DNA of 64,000 nt from Camelus dromedarius (taxonomy: Eukaryota), in assembly GCF_036321535.1 (NCBI RefSeq), contig NC_087454.1, positions 20,832,001-20,896,000 on the forward strand. Direction: 5' to 3'. The notes below the pieces were generated by a model. It was not told the origin of the DNA. It was given only the letters and a program-made list of their open reading frames with translations, and searched no databases. The translations under genes were made by a program, and so were the position numbers. This document shows positions 24,173 through 36,679 of this stretch, one piece after another; position 1 is the first letter of the stretch; the number at the start of each line of letters is the position of its first letter.

Positions 24173-24213
<41 letters not shown>

Positions 24214-27200
24214 CCCTTCTCTTTTCCAATTATATCATCACCATCACTGGAACAACAAGGGTGACAAAAAGATAAAATCACCAAGTCCAAGGCCGTGAAG
24301 ATAATGTTGAGGAAGATTAGTTTCTAATCCAGAAGAAAACCCATCATGAGGGGAAAAAAGTGATATCATTTTCACAACAGAAGAAAAGAATTTGTAGATA
24401 CAGTGACAATAGAGTCAAATCTTGGAATTTGGTATGTAACAATGTAACAATGTAACCTTAGAGCTTTAGTTGGGGATTTCTAGAAGAGACTCAAAAGAGT
24501 AGAATCTCTAGGTGTCCAGAAGACCAGCTTTGCAAGAGCCATCAAGAGGTTTCATCAGAAAGAAAAAAGGAAAAATAGAAAAGCGACATGATGAGTAAGT
24601 CTGGGTCAGTGTGCGTATTTATCTCCCAAAGCTGAGAGGAACGCATGGAGTCACTAACCTGAAAGAGAGAAAGCTGTCACTTTCTCCTCACCAAGAAGGG
24701 GGTTGCTGATGGAGCAGGTCACGTTCACAGTGGAGCTGTTTGTGACCAGTAGAAACGCCTCCACGCGGAATAGCCCATGGCTGCCTTGAGTCAGGTCCTG
24801 GGAAAACGATGGTATTGCCTTTCCTTCCACGTCCCTCCACTGTACATGGGGCTGTGGGAACCACCCTTCTGAAGTGCACAGTAGCTTTATTTCTCCATCC
24901 TTCCAACCCTCCACGGAGATCAGAGGGGAAGAACCAAGACCTGAGGAATAGAAACCAAGGAAGGCAACTTAGAGTCTCTGAAAGTGGTTATATAGTCAGT
25001 GACTTCACCGAGAGGGAAGAGGGGGAATCAGAAGTTTGGGGAAGAAACCAAAGTTTATTGGGAAATTACACTCCACTTAGGGATGATGCTAGCAGGAGTC
25101 TTTACTTGTTTCCTCTTGTTTACATATTTTTATTTTTATTTTATGTATTCCTAAAATCATCCTAGGACAGGTTAAGGGATCCAATACATTTCAAATCCAT
25201 TTTTTTTTTCTTCTATACCTGAAACAAAATAACTTTGACCAGGGCATGAGTCATATGGCCAAGAAAGAAAATGAAAGTGAATAAGAGAATACTCTCAAAG
25301 ATCAAAATCCTATAAATATATGTGTCCAATGGCAAAAATGATAGTGTTCATTTAACTTTTCAACATGCACTCCCATAGATAATTTTTAAATATATATATT
25401 AATTTGGATACACCATAAGTGGAAGAAACAAGTAGATTATCCCTGATTTTGGCTATGAACACAATGGAATTTGCTAACATTGGAAAACCAATTTTCACTC
25501 ATAAATAGAAGCAGTGGGACATCATGACGTGGGGAGTAACTTTGCCTTTCCTCTTCCATCCCTGCCAATACTGTCAATATTTATGATTTTTGCTTCTACA
25601 GTGGATCTGGTTTAGTCTTCATCATCATAATTTCTAATAACTATACATTTCCCAGAATTTTAACAACACACTGAAATAATGAGTCCTGTGTAGTTATGGA
25701 GTAAAATTTCCAGACTTCACTAGATGTACAGCCACTTTATGGAGATCTAGAGACGATACAAATTCTACACACACAGAATTAAATCTGGTCCACTTGTGTT
25801 TCTGGACTTGATGACATCTCTTGCACATTGGAGCGTTTAATATAAATTTGATGAGTGAATGGGCATTAAGAAAATTTTAGTGCTAGAGAAAATTTCCATG
25901 AACTAGGAAGTTAAAGCAGTAGAAACAGATGTTGAATTCAAAACATCTATCTAGAGTCCTTACCTACGATCTTCAGATCCAGATTGGCTTCCTGGTAGAC
26001 ACCATCTTTTTCAAAAAGGCACTGGTACTGTCCGTCATCTGAAATTGTGGCATTGTTTATCTGCAGGGTCAGCCTCCCCTCATTGATGGTATTGCTCACC
26101 AATACAGTCCTGCCTCTGTACTCGGCCATCTGCTCTCCAGCCACATGGTCCCCATCCATGTAGACATAAACAGCAGGATAGCGGTGGGATCGGACCCACC
26201 TAACCTCCATGCTCTGTGCATTAGTCTTAGGGGACAGGGAACAGGTTAATTGTATGTCTTCTCCCACTCTGACCAGGATGGGCTGGGAAGGTCCAATCAC
26301 CTTTAAGGAAGCTGAAAATACACAATGAAAGATTCAAAATGGAGCAAAGAGTGTCATCAGCAAGAACATTTCGGGTTGTTTAGAACCCAGGGGCATCCCG
26401 GGGGGGCTGATAATCTCATCATCATATCATTTAATCCTGTCTCAACCATCTTATTCAATAAGTGGGCTATCTCATTCCTCAAATACAGTAAACCATGTCA
26501 TGTCATATCATATGATATCATGACTCTTACTTAGAACCTGACACTACATTAGGGATTAAGTTCAATATGTGTATTTTAAAGTGACAAAGTAGAGACCAAT
26601 GACTTACTAAAATCACCAATAAGTGATTAAGAGCACATACTCTTAAGTCAGCTAGACAGAGATTAGAAGGCAAATATCACAATTTCTTCATGGTTTTCAG
26701 CAAACCACATATGTCTCTAAGATTGTTTCCCACCTGTAAAATGAGGACAAATCTATTCATCTTTAAAATTATTGTAAGAAAAGAAAATAACTCCTGAAAA
26801 GCACTTGGCATAGTGCCGAGCATATAATTAACCTTTCAAAAAATTAGTCATAATTTTTAAAATATTTGACAGGGTGGGAAGTAGAAATTCAGCCTCAGGA
26901 CTTCTACAGAAAGCTCAGCTTGCCTCTGAGCGCTTAGGCACAAGCCCTAACAACCAGAGGCGGCTGCGACTCCCCTGGTTCTCTCCATTAACAGCACACC
27001 CTTGAAGCTCCTGAGGGCCCAGCCCTCCTCCCGACCAGGAGCCAAGGGAAGCTCCAACTTTTCATCTTGTTTAACTGTGGTCCCAGAAGCTGTGCACAGC
27101 TTAGAAACAACATTAGGACATCAGGCTGTATTTTGTGTGCTGGGTCTCCAACGGACACGGCGATTTGGTTCAGATAACTCCAAGAAATGACTCTTCACTG

Positions 27201-30200
27201 AAAATCTTCCTAAGGGACAGAGACGTGGCTCAACCTGCCCCAGTCACAGGCTTGGCTCTCTGAGCTGTAACTAACCAGTCAAGGTTTCCGTCCTGTCACA
27301 AGCAGATGCCACCCCGGGCAGGAGGGCGTCCGACTTGGAAGGTCAGGCTCACAGGTGTGCAGCTCTCCTCCGACTGTGGCGTTACCTTTGACCGTCCCAA
27401 GTCCTTCCCCTTTATCTTTATGGCCCAAAGGGGTCAGAAGTGTCACAACAGACTCTGGCAGAGATTGGGGTGTGTTTGCCACCCTAATTTTCCTCTAAAA
27501 CTCCTACATGGGCTGAAAAGTGGGCTTAAACTCACCTAATGCACAACAAGCATACATACACACACACCTACACACATTTTCCTGTAACAGGTGTTTTGAG
27601 CGAGAGCAGGGTATTGGAAGGAGAAAGTGAACGGGCAGGGAGCAGACTGGCCGTAATGGGCTGGGAGAAGAGGACACCAAAAGGAAGAAAAGGAGGAAGA
27701 TGATAAAGCAATAAAGAGAAACCAAAAGCGGCTCAAAAATCAGTTGGTTATTGTTTAAACCGCTTATCTGAGGTCCAATAAAATAATGCCTGCATCCGAC
27801 TATTAAGTAAAAAAAAAAAAAAAAAACCAGAAAATTATCACCTCACAGGCTGCATCTAGGAAAGTAACAGCCCCTCCTGACAGTAATGAGGCTGGGCGCA
27901 CGGGGGCGAGCAGCAGGTGCAGAAACTGCAGCAGGCCGGAGGCGGCAGGAGCGGGTGAGGACCACCGGTTCTCACGATGCCTCTGCACTTACACCAGAAA
28001 CTCACACTAGGGCTCCCAGAGCTTGGCCGGCCGCTCTGTGCCACCCTCTACACACACCAGAAGCAGCTCCCTTTCCTCCCGCCCAGTAGGACAGAGCTGG
28101 CGTCTGCAGCCATCTTGGGCATCTCTCCGAGGCTCACTGGGGTCCCCACAGACACTGAAAGCGGTAGGTTATGGAGGGCAAAGGTGCCTGCGGGAGGCTG
28201 CGCTTGCTTTGTGGGTCCCTCCAGTACTAACTGAACGTGAGACTGGGCAGGTCCTGCCTTGGTTTCTCATCTGGATCACGAGCAGTCGCCGTGGCTGCAC
28301 ATGCTTTGTCCAGGGAGCACCACCTCCCTCCGGGGAGGGCAGAGGCTCATCTAGACTCGTGCTTGCAACCGCATCTACGTACCGAGCTCCGTCTGCAGTT
28401 TCTCTGGAAAAATAATGAGAATAACATATTAAACATTTTGGTCTAAGGGAAAGGACAGAAAATGTTTCAAAAAATAATAAAATCAAGTCCTCCATTTTAT
28501 TGATATGCTTGATTCATAAGAAAGAAACTAAATGCAGAAAAATAGTATTTTTTTTCCCATCCATCTCCTAGTGGTCCAGCTGCTTTTCCTTTTCTCTGTA
28601 CAACAAAAATGCTCTTGGGTCAACCACCTACACACATTTCTACCGCCCTCTGATTCTGTTTGTTTCTGCCTATATTGAACATACTAGTATTTAACTATTT
28701 TATTAAAATAATATTATGTTTATAAATGCATAAAATATATGGACATAGACAATTATCACCCATAATTACACACTGAGAGATAAAACATATAAATATATGT
28801 ATATGTTTTATAATTTATATATATATACATAGTTGGCTCCTTTTGACATTAACATACAATATTTATTTTAACTTTTTTCCCTGTATCCATTTATATGAAT
28901 AACTGTGTACTTGCATCCTTATATCTAAATATAATAGAGTATGTCCCAAAACTCTTAACACAGTTCGAAGTTTATTTAAAGCCAATAAACTTTACATGAT
29001 TGGAAATCTCTATTTAAAGGTAGATAGATGAATAGACAGATATAATCTTTATCATTGAGGAGTCCGTCATGATGATTTTTTTCAACCATTAAATTTATTT
29101 GAAAATACCATTTTTCCTCAATGCTATAATGTATAGTAACATAATACACTTAACGCTCCACTGTTGTATTGGGTTTCTGGCAGTAGTTTGTGTTGCTGTT
29201 TATAAATGAGGCTGTAATTACGATGCTACTATGTAAACAGCTGTCTCCATCTCTGATTATCTTCAGATGATAGGTTCCAAGAAGTAACTGACACAAATTC
29301 AGCATAGGAAAACATTCTGGTTGAAAGAATATAGTTATATTTTCTTTACAATGTAACACATACTTGTGAGTAAAGTAAATTAATAAAAAAGAAAAAGAAG
29401 GACTTGAAAATTAATCAGGATATATAGTGTATATATTTCTAGCCATAAATAGTTTTATAGTTTTTAATGTATATTACTAAATGTTAGATTTTTTTTCTTG
29501 ATTAAAAAATACTGGGTGCTATGGAGCTGTCCCTGTGACCTTTCCTGCTAATCTGAGCACCTTGGTCCTAGAGGCAGAGCACTGACCTGGGATGGAGATA
29601 TGTGACCCCTTCTTCTCAGTGAGCGTGGGGTTGTGGATGAAGCAGGACACGACCTCTGGAAGGGGATTCCTGACCACGAGAGTGCTTTCCACATAGAACA
29701 AGCCGTCCTCATCTTGGACGTGATGCTCAGAGACAGTCAGCAACTTTTCTCCCGTGATGTCTTGCCAAGAAACCTGAGGTTCTGGGAACCAGCCTTTTGC
29801 AGTGCACGCAAGCTGGACTCCATTCTCCACAGATCCCTCCATGTGAATGTAAGGGGTGGACCCCAGACCTGAGAAAAGACACAGCCCTGAGGCCCAGAGC
29901 CCACGGAGGCACAAATAGAGGCTGAGAGTCCAGTGACGGTGCTCAGAGGGAGCGCCAGGAGTTCAGCGTTTTGGGGAGCAAACAGTGGCCCAAAGTCTTC
30001 TTCCCATACAAACTGGAGTTTGTACACACTTTATATGAACCCCAGTCTGGTTCTTTATATTTTAGTATATGAGCAGTATTTGTATGCAGATCCAGACAGG
30101 AAAATAAGGGGAAAGGACATAATGACATTTTGTTTCCATCTCTAGTACTGCAAACAAAGGTTTATTCATGAACTCCCTCATGCCACAAACTCTGCCTTTT

Positions 30201-33200
30201 TCATCTTATTGTAGCAGGCACTTTGTCTCACCTGTTGGATGGTAGCTTGACTCTAATTTAAATAGAATATTTAATATAAGGGGAGAAATCACCTCCAGGG
30301 AAAATGTTCTTCCCCTTCCTTTTGTTGGTGGTTGTGACCTTGAGATACAAACAGATAACCTGGGGTGTGTAAAGTGGCAAGCTTCATGAGGAGTTCCTCA
30401 GCCTAAATATTCCATTCCATGGGAGAATGGTTTTGAAACAGCCCAGTTTTATACAATCAGAAAATTCTTTCTGTATTCAACACAACTCTCAAACCCAAAC
30501 AAAGGTGATTATATTTTCCATAGATGGTGATTCTGTCTCTATCACTTGCCGGAGGACAGAGACCCACTTTCTCAGCTAGGGCCTTAGAAAATGCATGTTT
30601 GGTTTTCGGATATTCCTGGTGAAACCCCTTGGTATGTGCCCTCCACCTTGCACATCTCAGAAGTACGAGGATTCTTTCCTCCACTTTGAATCACCTGGAA
30701 CATATTAGCAGTAATAATCATAGTCACAGGTCGTACTAAAAAAGGTGTCAGGGAACAGCCTCATGGGGGAGCAAAGAAGGAGGCAGCATCGGCCGGAGAC
30801 GTTAGCACCTCCAGAGAGCCATTTCTCCAATGAGGGAAAGAGATTCACCTGATTTTGTCTTTAGCACATGATGGAGTTACTCCTGCCAGGGAACCATGTG
30901 ATAGTCCATTTTTCAGATATTTTGTTTTCCCACAGAGAAATCCTTTCTCCACTCTCCTTCTTCCAACTCCTCCCTACTTTGCCAACACAACAGCATCATA
31001 CAGAACCTTGCCCTTCACAGTGGGCACGTCCAAGAGCATCCCCGATCCCCCAGTTCACTGAACAGGAGTATATGATAATCCCCACAAAACACAGTGTTCT
31101 TAACCTCTTCAGTCTCATCAGGAGCCTTCTAACGGGACGTGTTACACAAAGAAACAAAGTGTTCACTTCTCAGTCCCTGTATTTTCAGGCTGAGTAGAGA
31201 ACACAGATGTAACTCAGCAACTGACCTGCCCTTGCACGCCAGCCCACGTGGCGTGGGTTCTTGCCTCCGCAAAACTGTTAAAGGCTACATGTCATCAACT
31301 GTAAATAGTCCTCAAGAATAGTCAAAACGTGTAACTTAAATCTGGGGAAATTGTGTATGAGTGAGCTCACTTTAAAGACTTCAGAAACACTTGCCTTCAA
31401 GTGAATCGGGAATGGAGAACTGGACAGTAGCAATTACCTTGATGGCCCAAAGGGAATTCTTCCGTTGGCAATAAGCTCACCACAAATTAATATACCTCTC
31501 TTTCCAAGACCTTATGTCTTTCCCCCGATATTCACCTGCTACTCTGAGCCACAAGCTTGTTTCACCACAGTAGTTTCCCTCTTGGAAGCGGCACCAGTAC
31601 TTCCCATCGTCGGATGGTTGGATGCTGTGAATCTTCAGAGCCACGGTTCCCTCAGCAATGTTGTCCTGTATCCACTCTGCCCGGTCTCTGTATCCCTCCA
31701 TCTGCGTCTCCGTCACCTCAGCTCCGTCCCGGTACGCAAACACAGGTGTGCTGGGCTCTGAGCGGTGCCACCGCACTTCCATGTGCGCCGCCGTTCTCCT
31801 GGGAAGGAGCTGACAGGTCAGGACGGCATCTTCTCCGACCATGGCCAGGATAGGACGGGCAGAACCAATCACTCTGAAGTCATCTACAAAAGAGTGACAA
31901 CGAAAACCAGGAAAAGCCGACTGGAGGATTAATATGTTTGCTTTGGGAGGTCCAGCCTCTCAAAATGGAGGCACCTGGAGGAGGGAAAGCTTTATTTTCA
32001 ATGTTCTAGAGAAATCCAGCATTATGATGTGTGATGGGAAGTGGGGCAAATCCACTATTCTCAATGAGATTTTGAGATTTGGAATCTCAATTTCTTAATC
32101 TTTAAGATACTAAAACCTCCATCTTCGGGTTGTTTTTATTCTCAAATAAGTTAATGTATAAATTGATTTTTCAGTTTGTAACTTTATTAGTTAGTGGCTT
32201 ACTTTTTATTTTATAGTGATTTATTTTATAGTCAGTAATTTCACTTCAGTGACTGAATTATAATCAGTCACTTTTCCTAAAATTTAGGTAATAGGTTTAT
32301 CCAATAGACTGTTCAGCTTTTCGGGCCTGCTCTTGTCCTAGGTAAAGCTTTTTTGTTTGTTTGTTTATTTGGTTGGTTTTTTGTTTGTTTGTTTTTTGGT
32401 CTGGAGCAGGCAAGACTCCAGTGACTGGGGCTGTGTAAAATGTTGTTTTTGTAAGGACATTTTGTAGTGAATTAAGGGCTATGACTTGTGTAGAGAGTTG
32501 AAGCCTCCCAATCAAATTTTAAGTCATGTTTGACCTCTTCATTATCTGCAAACTGAAGAGACGTTGAACAATTCTGTCTGTTACTACGCTTAATCATTTC
32601 ATCTGTTGTGTATATGACTTTTTTTCCTCATCATAAAATGCTCCAGGGCCATTGGCACTTTCTCTGTGCAGATCCAATCTTCCTAAGAAGGAACAGCATC
32701 TTGCTTAGTTGCTGCTCGATACCAAATAGACGGTGCTCAGAGGTGACTGTGGAACTTGGGTGGTGATCTGCTTGCTTTCTGCATGGATGCAATCTAAAGA
32801 TAAAGCCAGAACTGGAGTCCTACCATCTGGTTGGCTTTTTTTTTTTTAACAGGTTAGGAAAGAGCATCGCACAGAGGTTTCTGGCAGCCTCACCACATCA
32901 TGTAGTTTCTGGCAGCCTCAGTCTTGAGCCTGTGCCTCCTAGGGTCCTGTCCAGAGTCTCCCCACTTTGCCACCCTGTGTGTTCCTTGGGCTCCAATGTT
33001 ACCCACTGATATCGAATCTTCACAATCCTGTTTCAAGGTGCAATATTTTGACCAACAAACTTTAGCTACTGAGATTTCCAAGCCTAATTCTTGGAGGTCT
33101 CCTTCTAGTTTCTTATTTCCAAGTATTTTTATGCTGTTTAATTTATGGTTAAAAGCAGCCACTCTTTTCACCCCCAAAGTGCTGTTCTGAATAGAAGCAC

Positions 33201-33605
33201 AAGAATGGATGACTTAACGTGTTCCAGGTTCTGACTGCAGTGTTTTCCACGTACAGCCTCATTTAATCTTAAAGCCTGTGCCAGCCTATGAGACATAGGT
33301 AAGCTGTTATTCTTATCATATAGATGAGAAAACCAAGGCAGAAGGTATTCAGGTAAGTTCCAAAGATAACACAGCTGAGAGTGGAGGAGCCCTTTTTGGA
33401 ACACAGGTGCTCCGGCTCCTGGATCTCCACTCTTAATGTTGTACTGGCCTTTTGAATTTCGATCTCTGCACCCAGACTGGACCTCTGAGACACTCGAGTA
33501 CAGTCAAGGGAAGAAGAGCGTCCTACCTGACTGCCTCATGCTGAGCAATACAAAGAGGAAGGAGGCAGCTACGCCAGACAGACTGTATCCTGGAAAATCC
33601 ACCAT
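23170..33605 (-). CDS. BTNL2: Butyrophilin-like 2 (IgV-IgC-IgV-IgC-TM), about 518 aa
   Basis: Exons 33605-33527 ([26 protein letters not shown]), 31883-31536 (IgV1), 29868-29587 (IgC1), 28403-28383 (EKLQTEL), 26311-25964 (IgV2), 24940-24659 (IgC2), 23957-23862 (TM) and inferred terminal exon 23270-23170 ([33 protein letters not shown]). It matches human BTNL2 exon by exon as recalled and sits head-to-head with DRA as in other mammals. The terminal exon is the least certain. Confidence 0.93.
24176..24212. repeat. (CA)n microsatellite in a BTNL2 intron
   Basis: Perfect CA run. Confidence 0.92.
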
Positions 33606-35949
33606 CCTCTCTGGAGCAAACACAAGAGAAAACATGACTGCACTTAAATGAGGCTGTGATACAGCGAGCATTTCTGTGGTTCCCGATGGCTGTGCAGACA
33701 CGAGGGATGACATCAGTGCCTTCCACAGTCAGATGATGCAATGGGCTTGGCTCCCTTTCTCTGCATTTATCCATCATTTCCACACTCTTACTTACTGTGT
33801 TGTACTTTAAGCTCTTCGGGGGCCCTGAAGGAAGACTTCTGACAAATGAAAATGTCTTCTGGGCTAAAAGGACAAAAACACTACCATAGACCACCTGCTG
33901 TCAGCGTGCTGAAAATCTTTGGCATTTTTTTTTTTTTGTAAATAAATAACCGGACTTAGATTGTAAGCTTTAAATCAAAACATTTTAATTATAAGTTTCT
34001 GACATCTCCATTTTACCATTTAATGTAACCACCATTGATATTACCATTGATACTTTGATACTGTCAAGCGATATGATCTAATATGCATGTGTATCATCGA
34101 ATTCTCAAAAACCCACGTTCCATTTACCCTTCTTTATAAAGTGCAAGTATTAAGATGCAGCGATAAGTGGTAGTTGGTGTTCAGTCAGTAGGTAAATAAC
34201 CATTCCAAATTTCAAGGTCTATGCATGCACTGTTAAAATTCATGCCAAAGAAAATTACAAATTTCTAGATGTCCTGAGTCACTAGAGGAATTTTTTCAGT
34301 TAAAAAAAAAAACTTCAAAAGTTAAATTCTCAGATTGCCAAGTAACCATAAAGGAAAATAAATCAGTTTGTGAAGTTTGAAGCTCATTTATCCATATAAA
34401 CTTAATAGACAAACGTTTTTAGGAGAGAAAGGAAAGTAAAGTGAGAGTTCTTGGAGATGAGGTGACTTTGTGTTTACCCCTGTGACCTTGAGCATCTTAC
34501 TTTATTTTCGTGAACCCCTCCTTTCTCTCGTCTCTGAAGGAGACAATCACTCCTAACATTTCTGCAGCTGCACTGTCGCCAGACAAGGAAGCAAGGCTCA
34601 GGGGCACAAGCCCAACATCAGACGTGACAAACGAATAACGTGATCCTGGTTTTCTGAGGTCTGGTCTAGAGCCCCTTCCTCGCCCAGCCTGCTTCACAGC
34701 AACTTTGTGAGGATCTGGTAAACTCTGGCAGCACTTTGCAAAGTGTAAAGTGGGGTGTGAGTGCAAAATACAGGAGGGAGGCGTTAGGACAAGTGGCTGG
34801 GTTTCCCTGCCGGGTGCCTGCGCATCCACATATACACCACGTGTCTCTATGCCCCAGTTCCTCATCTTAGCCACCTTCCCCAGCCTCCCCTGACCATCCT
34901 CCACCAGCCACTCTCCAGTCCACTCACGCGTCTCCCTCTTTCCTTGGCGACGAAACCAGGGGCTGCAGGGTCGTCTTCTCACTGGGTCTCAGGTGTAACC
35001 TTCATCCACAGGGCAGGTGTCCAAAGACAGGTCAGAGCCTGAAGTGCTGACTGGAGGGAGAATTGAGCACAGCCAGAGCGGGTGGAGGGGCCCCTGTTTC
35101 CCCCGGAGCTTTGGGTGAAGGAGGGTTTAAGCCGCCTCCCCTAAACTGAAGGAAGAGCCAAATCCCTGGAGATGAGCTTCCAATCAGACCTGCACGTTCC
35201 CCTCCTACAGCTGTAATCCTCTGAAAACTGAAACTCAGATGGTGAGTGACCTTTGGCTGGGCTGAGTTATGAGCTCCTTAGACCTGCAGACAAAACGCTG
35301 ACACTGACCCTCCCCCTCTTCCCGGGGAAGCCAGGCCCCGGCTGTGCCATCTCGTCAGGTCCTTGCTGCGCACTGCACGCTGGGGTCTGTCTGGACTGTC
35401 CCCTCTGCCTCCCTACACATCAAGGACTCCTGTCTAATCCCAAGTTTCCCCCAGAACACAGTGCTCCTGGGGCTTGGAGTGGGAAGCAAGCCCGAATATC
35501 AAATACCCCTTCCCCTCTTTTCATGGTGAGAAAACAGAGTCCCAGAGAAAGGAATTACCTTCTCCAGGCTCAGAGCGCCAGGCCAGGGGTCCATCTGAGC
35601 CAGTTTATTGCTCTTACAACTTTGGTCCTTTATCTCCCTTTGCTGGCAGATAAAGAGCTTAATTATTTTCAGACATTAAACGGAAGAAATCGAATAAGCT
35701 TCTTAACATGATGTTTGGGCACAAAAATTATGATAGAGACACTGTTGTGTTTGTGTTTTGGTTTAGGTTAGATTTTCCTTTAAATTCCCCATAAGTCAGT
35801 TTTTCTTGAATCAGAGTCCCAGTACCCGGGGGGTCCACAGACACAGGCATACCTCCCTTTGTTATGCTTCCCAGATCATTGTGTTTTGGGGGGGTTGTGT
35901 TTGTTTTGTTTGGGTTGGTTTTTTTGTTTGTTTGGTTGGTTGGTTTTTT

Positions 35950-36146
35950 ACAAATTGAAGTTTTGAGGCAACCCTGAATCAATCAGGTCTATCAGCACCA
36001 TTTTTCCAACAGCGTTTGCTCTCTTCATGTCTCTATGTCACATTTTCATAATTCTCTCGACATTTCTGACTTTTTCACTTTTATTCTGTTTGTTATGCTG
36101 ATCTGTGATCAGTGATCTTTGATGTCATCCTACAGCTCACTGAAGG
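35950..36146. mobile_element. Tigger1 DNA transposon fragment (runs into an assembly gap)
   Basis: TTTACAAATTGAAGTTTTGAGGCAACCCTG...GCACCATTTTTCCAACAGC...CTGTGATCAGTGATCTTTGATGT matches the Tigger1 end as recalled. Confidence 0.75.
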
Positions 36147-36388
36147 NNNNNNNNNNNNNNNNNNNNNNNNNNNNNNNNNNNNNNNNNNNNNNNNNNNNNN
36201 NNNNNNNNNNNNNNNNNNNNNNNNNNNNNNNNNNNNNNNNNNNNNNNNNNNNNNNNNNNNNNNNNNNNNNNNNNNNNNNNNNNNNNNNNNNNNNNNNNNN
36301 NNNNNNNNNNNNNNNNNNNNNNNNNNNNNNNNNNNNNNNNNNNNNNNNNNNNNNNNNNNNNNNNNNNNNNNNNNNNNNNNNNNNNNNN
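36147..36388. other. Assembly gap (242 N)
   Basis: Run of N. Confidence 1.
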
Positions 36389-36550
36389 AAGAGTTCGCTA
36401 GAACAATTTAAATTTAATTCTAGACGTTCATTTCAATGTAAAATACAAGCACATACAACATTATGATGTGAGAGCGTTTAAGTTGATTTTTTTTTTTTCC
36501 TGATGTTTCTTCCCCTCCCCTGGTACGACAGCCAGTAGGTACTTGGGCCA

Positions 36551-36679
36551 NNNNNNNNNNNNNNNNNNNNNNNNNNNNNNNNNNNNNNNNNNNNNNNNNN
36601 NNNNNNNNNNNNNNNNNNNNNNNNNNNNNNNNNNNNNNNNNNNNNNNNNNNNNNNNNNNNNNNNNNNNNNNNNNNNNNN
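36551..36679. other. Assembly gap (129 N)
   Basis: Run of N. Confidence 1.

Noticed and set aside
34497-35711. 150-160-aa ORFs between BTNL2 and DRA
   Set aside because: No recognisable domain or splice architecture; these are GC-rich chance ORFs, some with non-ATG starts.
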